The position numbers were made by a program, and so were the translations under genes. The notes below the pieces were generated by a model. That model saw only the letters and a list, made by a program, of their open reading frames with translations, had not been told where the DNA came from and made no database searches. Shown piece after piece: positions 37,741-48,599 of a stretch of DNA of 64,000 nt. Each line of letters starts with the position of its first letter. Position 1 is the stretch's first letter. Location: NCBI RefSeq assembly GCF_001194135.2, contig NC_068987.1, positions 104,228,288-104,292,287 of the forward strand, given 5' to 3'. The DNA is from Octopus bimaculoides. Its lineage: Eukaryota.

Positions 37741-37872
37741 CTTGAACAGGACTTCCAGTGAGGGTCAACAAGTCTGAGGTTTCATTGTTGAAAATAGTGG
37801 CATCGTTAGAAAGTACATTCTTCTCAAGTAATCTTTGCAGTGATAATTTTATAAACCAATTGGAAGCTGGTT
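37741..37872 (-). CDS. BRCA2: BRCA2 exon with PALB2-binding-like motif (EPASNWFIKLSLQRLLEKNVLSNDATIFNNETSDLLTLTGSPVQ)
   Basis: Acceptor ttttaatatttccag, donor AAG|GTAATT, 132 nt, phase 1-1, open. SNWFIKLS matches human LNWFEELS (W31/F32/L35). Confidence 0.85.
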
Positions 37873-40164
37873 CTGGAAATATTAAAAGAAATTAGTAGAT
37901 GTTAATAGAGCATTATACATGATATATTATCACCATCATCATCAAACATCCACTTTTCCAAGCTTGCATAGGTCAAACAGAGTTTATTTGAGGTAAATTT
38001 TCTTCTTGCCACTGACCATCACCTGTTTCTGGCCAAACATGTTCTTGTAGAATACTGGAAATGAATGACACTGCTTGAATGGCAAAGACACTCATTCCCT
38101 ATCATGTAATATCAGAACAAGCACGGACGGACGGATGGACACACGCATGACAAAACTTCTTCCAGTTTCTGTCTACCAAACCCACTTACAAGGCTTTGAT
38201 TGGCTTGGGGCTATAGTAGCAGAGACTAGCTGAAGGTGCTATGCAGGGCTGAACCAAGAACCAGGTGATTGGGAAGCAAACTTCTTACCACATAACCGTG
38301 CCTGCATATGTATATGAGTGTGCTGTTAAGTCAGACATGGCCAGGACCAATATACAAGATTGAGACACCAGTTATTACAGTATTTATCCAGAGACAACAT
38401 CTCTTATGGACTTGCTGTGACAAAAACACAATAAATATCAGAGAGACATGAAAATTCACAGCAGCAGCAGTGAGTGAGAATGCTAGATGCATTTCAGCCC
38501 TTTTCAACTTTTTGAATGGCAAGTATACTCACAGCTAGACAAGAAATAGAGAACAGCAGATAAAACATTCACTGATGTTGTGAATAACTACCTGGCTGGT
38601 TATAAGTTTGGTGTACACAATTGAGGCATTATTAAATTAAAATAGCCTTCTATGTATCATGCTTAATATATANNNNNNNNNNNNNNNNNNNNNNNNNNNN
38701 NNNNNNNNNNNNNNNNNNNNNNNNNNNNNNNNNNNNNNNNNNNNNNNNNNNNNNNNNNNNNNNNNNNNNNNNNNNNNNNNNNNNNNNNNNNNNNNNNNNN
38801 NNNNNNNNNNNNNNNNNNNNNNNNNNNNNNNNNNNNNNNNNNNNNNNNNNNNNNNNNNNNNNNNNNNNNNNNNNNNNNNNNNNNNNNNNNNNNNNNNNNN
38901 NNNNNNNNNNNNNNNNNNNNNNNNNNNNNNNNNNNNNNNNNNNNNNNNNNNNNNNNNNNNNNNNNNNNNNNNNNNNNNNNNNNNNNNNNNNNNNNNNNNN
39001 NNNNNNNNNNNNNNNNNNNNNNNNNNNNNNNNNNNNNNNNNNNNNNNNNNNNNNNNNNNNNNNNNNNNNNNNNNNNNNNNNNNNNNNNNNNNNNNNNNNN
39101 NNNNNNNNNNNNNNNNNNNNNNNNNNNNNNNNNNNNNNNNNNNNNNNNNNNNNNNNNNNNNNNNNNNNNNNNNNNNNNNNNNNNNNNNNNNNNNNNNNNN
39201 NNNNNNNNNNNNNNNNNNNNNNNNNNNNNNNNNNNNNNNNNNNNNNNNNNNNNNNNNNNNNNNNNNNNNNNNNNNNNNNNNNNNNNNNNNNNNNNNNNNN
39301 NNNNNNNNNNNNNNNNNNNNNNNNNNNNNNNNNNNNNNNNNNNNNNNNNNNNNNNNNNNNNNNNNNNNNNNNNNNNNNNNNNNNNNNNTGTGTATATGTT
39401 TGTATGTCTGTGTTTGTCCCCCACAACATCGCTTGACAACCGATGCTGGTGTGTTTACATCCCCGTAACTTAGCGGTTCGGCAAAAGAGACCGATAGAAT
39501 AAGTACTAGGCTTCCAAAGAATAAGTCCTGGGGTTAATTTGCTCGACTAAAGGCGGTGCTCCAGCATGGCCGCAGTCAAATGACTGAAACAAGTAAAAGA
39601 GTATGTAATGCACACAAGTTCATAAATGAAGTCTTCTTAGTTTAATTCCTTTTTCCTGATATGGCTTTACACATAGAGTAAAGCTATATGTGTATAGTGT
39701 TGCTGTAATCTGTAAATACATACACATTAGAGTTTTGTTGAATATTTCCTGTCTTTTTAACTATAAAAAAATATGACAACCTATTAGTAATTATACATCT
39801 TACTATATAAGAAAGAATGCTTTTTAAGATGCAAGCTTTTCTTTATCCCAAAGTGGTAATTACGAAGAGTAATGGTATCTGTCTGACATAAGTAATTTAT
39901 AAATAGCAGAATCTAAAGAAACTAGTTTAAGTCTGTGTCAGCTATCATATAGTGGATATAAACAGTTCAGAAGTGGAACACATTGGTTTGTTAGGAAGAT
40001 TAGGAAAAGTCTAATGTTTTGACAAGTACCAGTCATCAGAGAGTCATAAGTATTTTATATAGGTACAATATTGACTTTCTGTAGCTTTTGGTTACAAAGC
40101 CTTTCCAGAATACTGGTTTTTCCAAAGCAGGGGTGGTCACTTTGGTTGACACACTCTAAATTCT

Positions 40165-40393
40165 GCGAGCTGGCAGAAACGTTAGCACGCACGGGCGAAA
40201 TGCTTAGCGGTATTTCGTCTGCCGCTACGTTCCGAGTTCAAATTCCACCGAGGTCGACTTTGCCTTTCATCCTTTCGGGGTTGATTAAATAAGTACCAGT
40301 TACGCACTGGGATCGATATAATTGACTTAATCCGTTTGTCTGTCCTAGTTTGTCCCCTCTGTGTGTAGCCCCTTGTGGGTAGTAAAGAAATAA
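40165..40393 (+). mobile_element. tRNA-derived SINE family B with Deu/Nin-like central domain, young copy
   Basis: gagctggcagaaacgttagc (A box), gagttcaaattcc (B box), gtcgactttgcctttcatcctttcggggt..aagtaccag (Deu-like). Confidence 0.85.
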
Positions 40394-40882
40394 CACTCTA
40401 AATTGAATATTAAATTCATTTTAGATAATTAAATGATATACAAGTACCTCTACTTTAGTACAAATAATAAAGGCTTATTAATATTCTACTGTGTAGAGTA
40501 CCCATAAACTAGACAGGTGGCTGCGAGAATTTGAGGTTCCTGTTTGTAAATTAGGGTAGATGATATAAGAGGTTCTGGATCATCATTGTTTCTACTTGCA
40601 TTTGTCCTGAGACATAAGTGAATGTATACAGAAAGAAGAGGATAACAAGAAAAGAAGAGTTAGACAGACAGGGAGTCAGAAAAGAAGGGAGACATTTCAA
40701 TATTTCTTTGTGCACATATCAGTAAGACTAAGCAAACATATATTATTGCATCCAGACATGCACTAAAATAAATATTGCAAGTAATGGTGGTATATGTTAT
40801 TTAACCTACAGGTCAGCTATGATAATGCATTCCATCATCTTTTTCTCTTAAGTATACTTTATCTAGAACTACATTATCCTAT

Positions 40883-41480
40883 ATCATCATCATCATTTAA
40901 TGCCCACTTTCCATGCTAGCATGGGTTGGACGATTTGACTGGGGACTGGCGAACCCGATGGCTACACCAGACTCCAATCTGATCTGGCAGAGTTTCTACA
41001 GCTGGATGCCCTTCCTAACGCCAACCACTCCGAGAGTGTAGTGGGTGCTTTTTACGTGCCACTGGCACAAGGGCCAGTCCGGCAGTACTGGCAACAGCCA
41101 CACTCAGATGGTGTTTTTTATGTGCCGCCTCCACAGGAGTCAGTCCAATGTTTTTTTCTCATGCCACCGGCACAAGTGCCAGTAAGGTGAAGCTGGAAAC
41201 GATCGTGCTCAAATGGTGCTTTTTACGTGCCACTGCTCTGGCAGTGATCCCGCTCGGATGGTGCTGTTAGCGCTCCACTGGCATGGGNNNNNNNNNNGGC
41301 ACAAGTGCCAGTAAGGTGAAGCTGGAAACGATCGTGCTCAAATGGTGCTTTTTACGTGCCACTGCTCTGGCAGTGATCCCGCTCGGATGGTGCTGTTAGC
41401 GCTCCACTGGCATGGGTGCCAATCATCAGACCCAACAGGTCTTCGCAAGCTGAGTTTAGTGTCCAATGAAGGAAGATTGG
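40883..41480 (-). mobile_element. RTE 3'UTR-derived element with internal ttttacgtgccac subrepeats
   Basis: (CAT)n plus the same 3'UTR body. An internal block is duplicated across a 10-N gap. Confidence 0.75.
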
Positions 41481-41562
41481 CATGGGTGCCAGTCATCGAA
41501 TTTGGATCAATTTCGATTTTACTTATGTCTTTCCTTTTTAATATGGCATGACGTGATATATA

Positions 41563-42812
41563 TCATCATCATCATCATCATCGTTTAACGTCCGCTTTCC
41601 ATGCTAGCATGGGTTGGACGATTTGACTGAGGACTGGTGAAACCGGATGGCAACACCAGGCTCCAGTCTAATTTGGCAGAGTTTCTACAGCTGGATGCCC
41701 TTCCTAATGCCAACCACTCAGAGAGTGTAGTGGGTGCTTTTACGTGTCNNNNNNNNNNNNNNNNNNNNNNNNNNNNNNNNNNNNNNNNNNNNNNNNNNNN
41801 NNNNNNNNNNNNNNNNNNNNNNNNNNNNNNNNNNNNNNNNNNNNNNNNNNNNNNNNNNNNNNNNNNNNNNNNNNNNNNNNNNNNNNNNNNNNNNNNNNNN
41901 NNNNNNNNNNNNNNNNNNNNNNNNNNNNNNNNNNNNNNNNNNNNNNNNNNNNNNNNNNNNNNNNNNNNNNNNNNNNNNNNNNNNNNNNNNNNNNNNNNNN
42001 NNNNNNNNNNNNNNNNNNNNNNNNNNNNNNNNNNNNNNNNNNNNNNNNNNNNNNNNNNNNNNNNNNNNNNNNNNNNNNNNNNNNNNNNNNNNNNNNNNNN
42101 NNNNNNNNNNNNNNNNNNNNNNNNNNNNNNNNNNNNNNNNNNNNNNNNNNNNNNNNNNNNNNNNNNNNNNNNNNNNNNNNNNNNNNNNNNNNNNNNNNNN
42201 NNNNNNNNNNNNNNNNNNNNNNNNNNNNNNNNNNNNNNNNNNNNNNNNNNNNNNNNNNNNNNNNNNNNNNNNNNNNNNNNNNNNNNNNNNNNNNNNNNNN
42301 NNNNNNNNNNNNNNNNNNNNNNNNNNNNNNNNNNNNNNNNNNNNNNNNNNNNNNNNNNNNNNNNNNNNNNNNNNNNNNNNNNNNNNNNNNNNNNNNNNNN
42401 NNNNNNNNNNNNNNNNNNNNNNNNNNNNNNNNNNNNNNNNNNNNNNNNNNNNNNNNNNNNNNNNNNNNNNNNNNNNNNNNNNNNNNNNNNNNNNNNNNNN
42501 NNNNNNNNNNNNNNNNNNNNCCCACCCCCACTACTAACTTGGTCGCCCAGATAGCGGAAGCTATCGACTACCTCTAGTTTTTCACCCTGGAATGAGATAG
42601 AAGTTGTTTCCTGTTTGTTTAGTCTTTATTGCACCTGAACATCTGCCACAAACAAAAACTAACTTGCTAGTTAACCTGCCTTTGATGTTGCTGCACCTCT
42701 TATGTGTCCATAGCTTGCACCGGGTACATCTTATAGAGTTACTACCTACTCCTTTTCTACATACTGAGCAGGGCCATCTACCTAAAGGGGTTTGTGTTTT
42801 ATCTACCTTCCT
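41563..42812 (-). mobile_element. 5'-truncated RTE-clade LINE (PHD-finger/RT C-terminal part, gap, 3'UTR with (GAT)n tail)
   Basis: Translates to RWPCSVCRKGVGSNSIRCTRCKLWTHKRCSNIKGRL..FVCGRC, then after a frameshift EKLEVVDSFRYLGDQVSSGGG. The 3'UTR is shared with the copies at 1-210 and 3885-4045. Confidence 0.9.
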
Positions 42813-43844
42813 ACTTATTAGGATTTATATATATATATATACACACATGAGATTCAGGAGGTCAATCAACCATGTAGAGGAGCATTTCCCAATCTTCTCT
42901 CTACCAGGGACCTTTTTTTTGTTTGAATGAATTTTCCCATGGAAACAAGTTTTTGAAAAGTCTGTATACTTGACAAATTTTGAACTCAGTTCCCTAGAAC
43001 AATTTTTATGAACTCCATTTTGGGAATTGCTGACATAGAAGCTTCCTCTTTGTCTCATGTGTGTAATTTACACTAACACAGATCTTCAACCTGTGTACGA
43101 CACTTTGGGCAAGGGGCTTCTACTGTAGCCCAGGCCAAGTAAAGCCTTGTGAATGGATTTGGTGGGTGGAAACTGAAAGAAGCCTGTTGTATAAATGTGT
43201 ATGTATATGTGTTTGTGGGTACCTTTGTCTAGATGTCATGTGATGATTGTAAATGAGCATCGTATCATCATAAAAAGAAGGTTGTTTGTTGCCAGCCTTC
43301 CGTGGAAAACATATCTGGCTATGCAGAAATATTATCTTGCTTGAAAATAGGTGAGAGATGGCAACAGAAAGGGATCAAGTTGTAAAGAAAATCTGACTCA
43401 ACAAATTCTGTTTGACTTATGGAAGCATAAAAAAGTGGACATTAAATGATGATGATGATGATATTGCCATACATATACCTCTATCTCACTATCTCAGATT
43501 GTTTGTTGCCAGTACACTTGCCACAACCTCTCTCTCACTTCTGACCTAGAGACAGCAATGAAGAGACAGGAAAATAGTATTGATTTGCTACAACCTGGGA
43601 GGTTGGTGTTAAGAAGGGCATCCAGCTGTAAAAATCCTGTCAAAACAGTTACAGAAGTCTGGTGTAGCCTTCTGCCTGGCTGGCTCCTGTCAAACTGTCC
43701 CACCCATTCCAGCATGGAAGGTGGACGTAAAACGATGATGATGATTATAGATTATAGATTAATTAACCTGAGGTCATTATAAAAATGAAGCTTTTAAAAA
43801 AAAGTTTTTGAAACTGAATTTTATTGTTTACTAACCAGATATGT

Positions 43845-44215
43845 TGTTGTTGTTGGCACTCCGTCGCTTACAACGTCGAGGGTTCCAGTTGATCCGATCA
43901 ACGGAACAGCCTGCTCGTGAAATTAATGTGCAAGTGGCTGAGCACTCCACAGACACGTGTACTCTTAAAGTAGTTCTCGTGGATATTCAGCATGACACAG
44001 TGTGACAAGGCTGACCCTTTGAAATACAGCCACAGCAGAAACAGGAAGAAAGAGTGAAAGAAAGTTGTCGTGGAAGAGTACAGCAGGGTTCGCCACCATC
44101 CCCTGCCGGAGCCTCGTGGAGCTTTAGGTGTTTTCGCTCAATAAACACTCACAACGCCCGGTCTGGGAATCGAAACCGCGAGTCCGCTGCCCTAACCACT
44201 GGGCCATTGCGCCTC
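43845..44215 (-). mobile_element. tRNA-derived SINE family C (head gaggcgcaatggcccagtggttagg, (CAA)n tail), 12-bp TSD aaccagatatgt
   Basis: TSD at 43833-43844 and 44219-44230. Confidence 0.88.
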
Positions 44216-44984
44216 TACAACCAGATATGTATAAAAAATTTTTTATATTTTTTAACCAGATATGTATAAAAATATAAAAAACGCATATTAGGCATATTTG
44301 TATTCAGCATCACATATTCTGTCAAATGTGCAGAATGGATGTGGCTCACAAATTGGATTGCTGACTTCTGCTTTATATCAGAAAGACAGTTTTAACATTG
44401 AATGGTAGATTATAAACGGTTTTATTTCAATTTTTGAATGAAAGAATACATATGTTCTCTCTCTGTATACTTTATTTTGTTTTTATTTATAGATTTTAGT
44501 CATCAGGCTGTAACCAAGCTGGAACACTACAGCTGATGCTTTTCAGGCAATTGTATCACCCACAGTACTTAGGAATTACAGTTGATATGATTATGTTTAT
44601 TAGTCATGAAGGGAGGCAACTGAGGTACTTCGAAGTACCATAAAGGTACTTACATTTGATGAACTAATTTTGTCTTTGCCATTCAATAGTTACACAGTCA
44701 CTCTTATACATATACTAACATACATACACATATTCAACAATTTAGCATTCGAATTACTCAGTCAAATGCAATGCTTATTTATTCACATTGTTTTTAATTA
44801 ATCATGCATTATCTCAAAGCTTTGAGATTTTCAATATGATTGTTTATTTTTAGAATGATATTGTAGGGTAGGTGTGAGAGGCTAGATCTGGCTGGTTTGA
44901 ACATACAATAATATTTAGGATAGATATGGCCAGTTTGAATGCATTGTTTATGATTTTGTTGACTACACAGTATAGTAGGGTCAG

Positions 44985-45432
44985 TTGGGCACCGTCTGTG
45001 AAAAAAAAAAACAGCGCCATGGCAGAGTGAATTCCTGGCAATTCACTGTCAGAAATTTGGAAACAACATGCTGTACTGCTTGGCATTCGTGTCGGAAATT
45101 CCAATACGAACATTTCAGAAAGTTTGGGTGTCAATCTGAGGACAGTGCTGGGGATTCAGAAAGAGTTGGATGAGTCTAATGGTGATTACGAAGGTACGGC
45201 AGCTCGGAAAACTCATTCTAATAAAAGAACTCCTGAATTTGTTGATGAGATCCAGGCCATGATTGACAACGATCCCAAGTCAATTAGGTCCATTGCCAGG
45301 TTACATAGGAGTGTCTGAGTTTCTTATCAGGCAAGTAGTGCATGAAGAAATTCGGTATTTCTCATACAAGATGAGAAAGGGCCAATTTTTATCCCAAGCT
45401 ATCAAGGACAATAGGAAAGATCGCGCTACAAA
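44985..45432 (+). mobile_element. Tc1/mariner DD37D (maT-like) transposase 5' fragment
   Basis: HAVLLGIRVGNSN..LGVNLRTV..KRTPEFVDEIQAMIDNDP.KSIRSIAR..GVSEFLIRQVVHEEIRYFSYKMRKGQFLS..KLLNK. Confidence 0.75.
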
Positions 45433-45845
45433 GCTTTTGAATAAATGGCATTTGAGTAATTTATAGCTACACAGAGTGGAATATGTAGATAGATATGTAA
45501 CCAAGAAGTTTGCTTTGTAACTTTGTGGTTTTGGGTTCAGTCCCACAATGTAGGACACTTTGGCCAAGTGTCTGTCTGTAGCCCTCGGCTGACTGAAGCC
45601 TTGTGAGTGGATTTTGTAAGTGAAAACTAAAATAAGACTGTTATGTATGCATGCATACATACATATACATATATATATAGGTGTAGGAGTGGCTGTGTAG
45701 TAAGAAGCTTGCTTCCCAACCACATGGTTCCAGGTTCAGTCTTACTGTGTGGCACCTTGGGCAAGTGTCTTCTATTATAGCTTCGGGCCGGCCAAAGCCT
45801 TGCGAGTGGATTTAGTAGATGGAAACTGAGACAAACCCATCGTAT

Positions 45846-45890
<45 letters not shown>

Positions 45891-46062
45891 ATGGGGGTTT
45901 AGTTCACAGGTGATCTAAACAATTAGGTACGCTAGGTAAGTGGTGTAACGGATTACAGATTTCTGATTCAGCGGATATATAATTGTTAAACAATACAGCA
46001 AACATTAAGGCAAGGCAAACATCTCAAGTTGTATACAAGATTATTATTGGAAAAAATTCAAA

Positions 46063-46118
46063 ATCTTACAGCTGTTTCTGGGGTATCCCCAAGTACGGAA
46101 TATTCTGTCATCAGAGAC
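46063..46118 (-). ncRNA. Degenerate minimal type I hammerhead ribozyme-like motif (Penelope-type)
   Basis: The minus strand reads gtct-CTGATGA-cagaatattccgtact-tggggatacccca-GAAACAGCTGTA-agat. Stem I is 4 bp; a TGGGG/CCCCA hairpin abuts GAAA. Confidence 0.45.
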
Positions 46119-46189
46119 AAATAGGGAAAATGAGAATGGTATATATTAATATATATATGCCAGCATGGACAATGGACATTAAATGATGA

Positions 46190-46191
<2 letters not shown>

Positions 46192-46256
<65 letters not shown>
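46192..46256. repeat. (TA)n microsatellite
   Basis: Direct reading. Confidence 0.95.
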
Positions 46257-46265
<9 letters not shown>

Positions 46266-46655
46266 ATGTGTGTGTGTGTGTTACGGTCTCCTTGCCTTAA
46301 CATTGCATGATAGTCATAGACAAGTGTCACTGTCATGCAAGTGGTGTCCTTCATTTCCAATTTTTCATGAAAATATGTCAGTTTATAGGAAACTATTACC
46401 TTACATGGAAAAACAGGTAAGGGTTGGCAATGGGAAGGGCATCCCACTATAAAAGATCTGTCTGAAGAAAAGAAATTTCATCAGTCCCATGTGATCTTGG
46501 AAAATGGGATGTTAAAACAACGATGATGATGATTTTCTTTCCTCACATTTTTTTTTTTTCACTATAATCTGTTTTATGAGATTTTTTGACAGTATTGGAA
46601 AAAAAAAAAGCTATTCATCAGATTTCTTTGTTACTGAATAAACAAATGCTCTTAC

Positions 46656-46770
46656 CAGAAAGATTTTTTAGTTTATTAAGAACCTTCTGTCTCTTCAGCT
46701 GTATAGCATCAGGTTTTAGATTCTTAACTGCATATATTTGAGGTTCACAGATACAGCCACAAGAACTCAT
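46656..46770 (-). CDS. BRCA2: BRCA2 first coding exon (MSSCGCICEPQIYAVKNLKPDAIQLKRQKVLNKLKNLS+G); exon incl. 5'UTR spans 46656-46786
   Basis: Acceptor tatttttatttcag ends at 46787, 16 nt UTR, ATG at 46770, 38 open codons +1 nt, donor TG|GTAAGA. Phase 1 joins the next exon, like the short phase-1 first coding exon of human BRCA2. Sequence similarity itself is weak. Confidence 0.7.
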
Positions 46771-48599
46771 TGTGGGCTAAAGAACCCTGAAATAAAAATA
46801 TGGTTATTACACTCTAATTAAACATCAGAACAATGTAAGAAAAAGATTAATTTTTATTCAGGCAGCCTGAGTTCAATTCCAATAACTAACTTTCAGCTTT
46901 GAACCTGGTGTCTGGAACCCAAATTGACAAAAGCTTCTTTCGTAAACTTATGATAGAAGGTCTAAATTTAAATATGAACATTTTAAAATGGAAAGTTTTG
47001 TATCAAGGCTGAAAGGAAAGTGTCAAGTGGACTGATATTAAGTACCAAAAGATATTTCCACTTTTTCAACTGAGAGCACAGAGTAGTGGGGCAGATGAGC
47101 TTCAGTATGTGAGAGTTAAAACAAAATTAAACTAAAATTCACATAGGCTCACATAATTAGAATCATGAGGGCATTAGAAAAATTGTTTTGCAGCATCTGA
47201 TTCAATTTTTTACATTCTGAGTTTAAATCCTGTTGAGATCAACTATACTTTTCATCTTTTTGGGGTTAATAAAATAAAGTAACAGTCAAGTTACTGGGGT
47301 TAATATAATTGACTAACCCTTCCCTCTAAACTTGTTGAACTTCTACCAAAATTTGAAACCATTATATCATTCTTATTTTACAGACCCTCCAAAAAATGAG
47401 GTTGACTTTACCTTTCGTCATTTTGAATAAAATAAGTACCTGGCAAGCACTGGGGTTGATGTAATCAAATAGACCCCCTCCCTCCAAAATTTCAGGCCTT
47501 GTGCTTTTGTAGAAAAGATAATTATTATCATTAGTAGTAGTATTTTCATATACTACTCTGACTTAGTCACTGGCACACTATCCACACCCCACATCACCTG
47601 TGCTGCCATTGTTCACCTTCCTTTCACAATCCTGTTTTCTCCTGCAAACTCTCTTCGTGTTCACCATTTGGTTCTATCTCCATCCCTATCCATCAGCCAC
47701 TCTCTTTTTGTATTCCCACGAACTTACTTACCACTCCTCTTATATCCACTTTCCCTTAAACTGAGGGTACACTCTGATACATCTTCACTGTCTTCTCTCA
47801 TTTTCCAACTGGCATAGCCATGTTACACCTCTCCCGCAAGACACCAGGTTTGATCCCTCTAGCATATGATAACCTTTCATCACTTGGTATAAATCCATCT
47901 CCCTCGATACTAAACCCCACTCAGTTGAGGGGGTCTTCTCTTGAGAGTTCTTTTGTGACCTTACTAGTGTCAGTATCATGTAGAAAGCATCCAGTACACT
48001 CTGTAAAATGGTTGGTATTAGGAAGGGCATACAGTTATAAAAATGATATCAAGACAGATACTGGAGCTTGTTGCATTCCTCTGATTTGTTGGTTACCATC
48101 AAACCGTCCAGCCCAAGCCAGCATAGAAATCGGACGTTAAATGGTAATGATGATGATGATGAAATGTTGTTGACAATGGTCAAGAAAGTCCTGTTGCAGT
48201 TTCGAGAAGTGAGCTGGCATTTGACACTTATCTACTGCAGGCAATCACTTCAAATCTCTTTTGGAGCATTTGAATAGCCTGCAGTAGGTAAGCTGATGTT
48301 TGATACATAATATGGAAACTGTTAACATTGAAAAAAAAAAAAAAAAAAAAAATCAGCCAATGCTTTAATATATATATTTTTTTATAAATGGAAACACGAA
48401 AAAACGCCTGGAATTTTACGCAAGAACCCCCACCAAAAGGGAGGAGGTATAGCAAATGGATCCTATGAAATCAATTCTAAAGAAAATTATTTTTCTGGAT
48501 AATATTGTCCTTAAGATCTAGGATTTACAATATGTAATCTGGAGCGTCCCTATTTTAAGGTATAGATTAGAAATTAGATGGGTTTGGTTAGGAATATTT

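Noticed and set aside
41160-41420. Exact ~120-bp direct duplication
   Set aside because: The copies flank a 10-N gap; most likely a scaffolding overlap or haplotype artefact.
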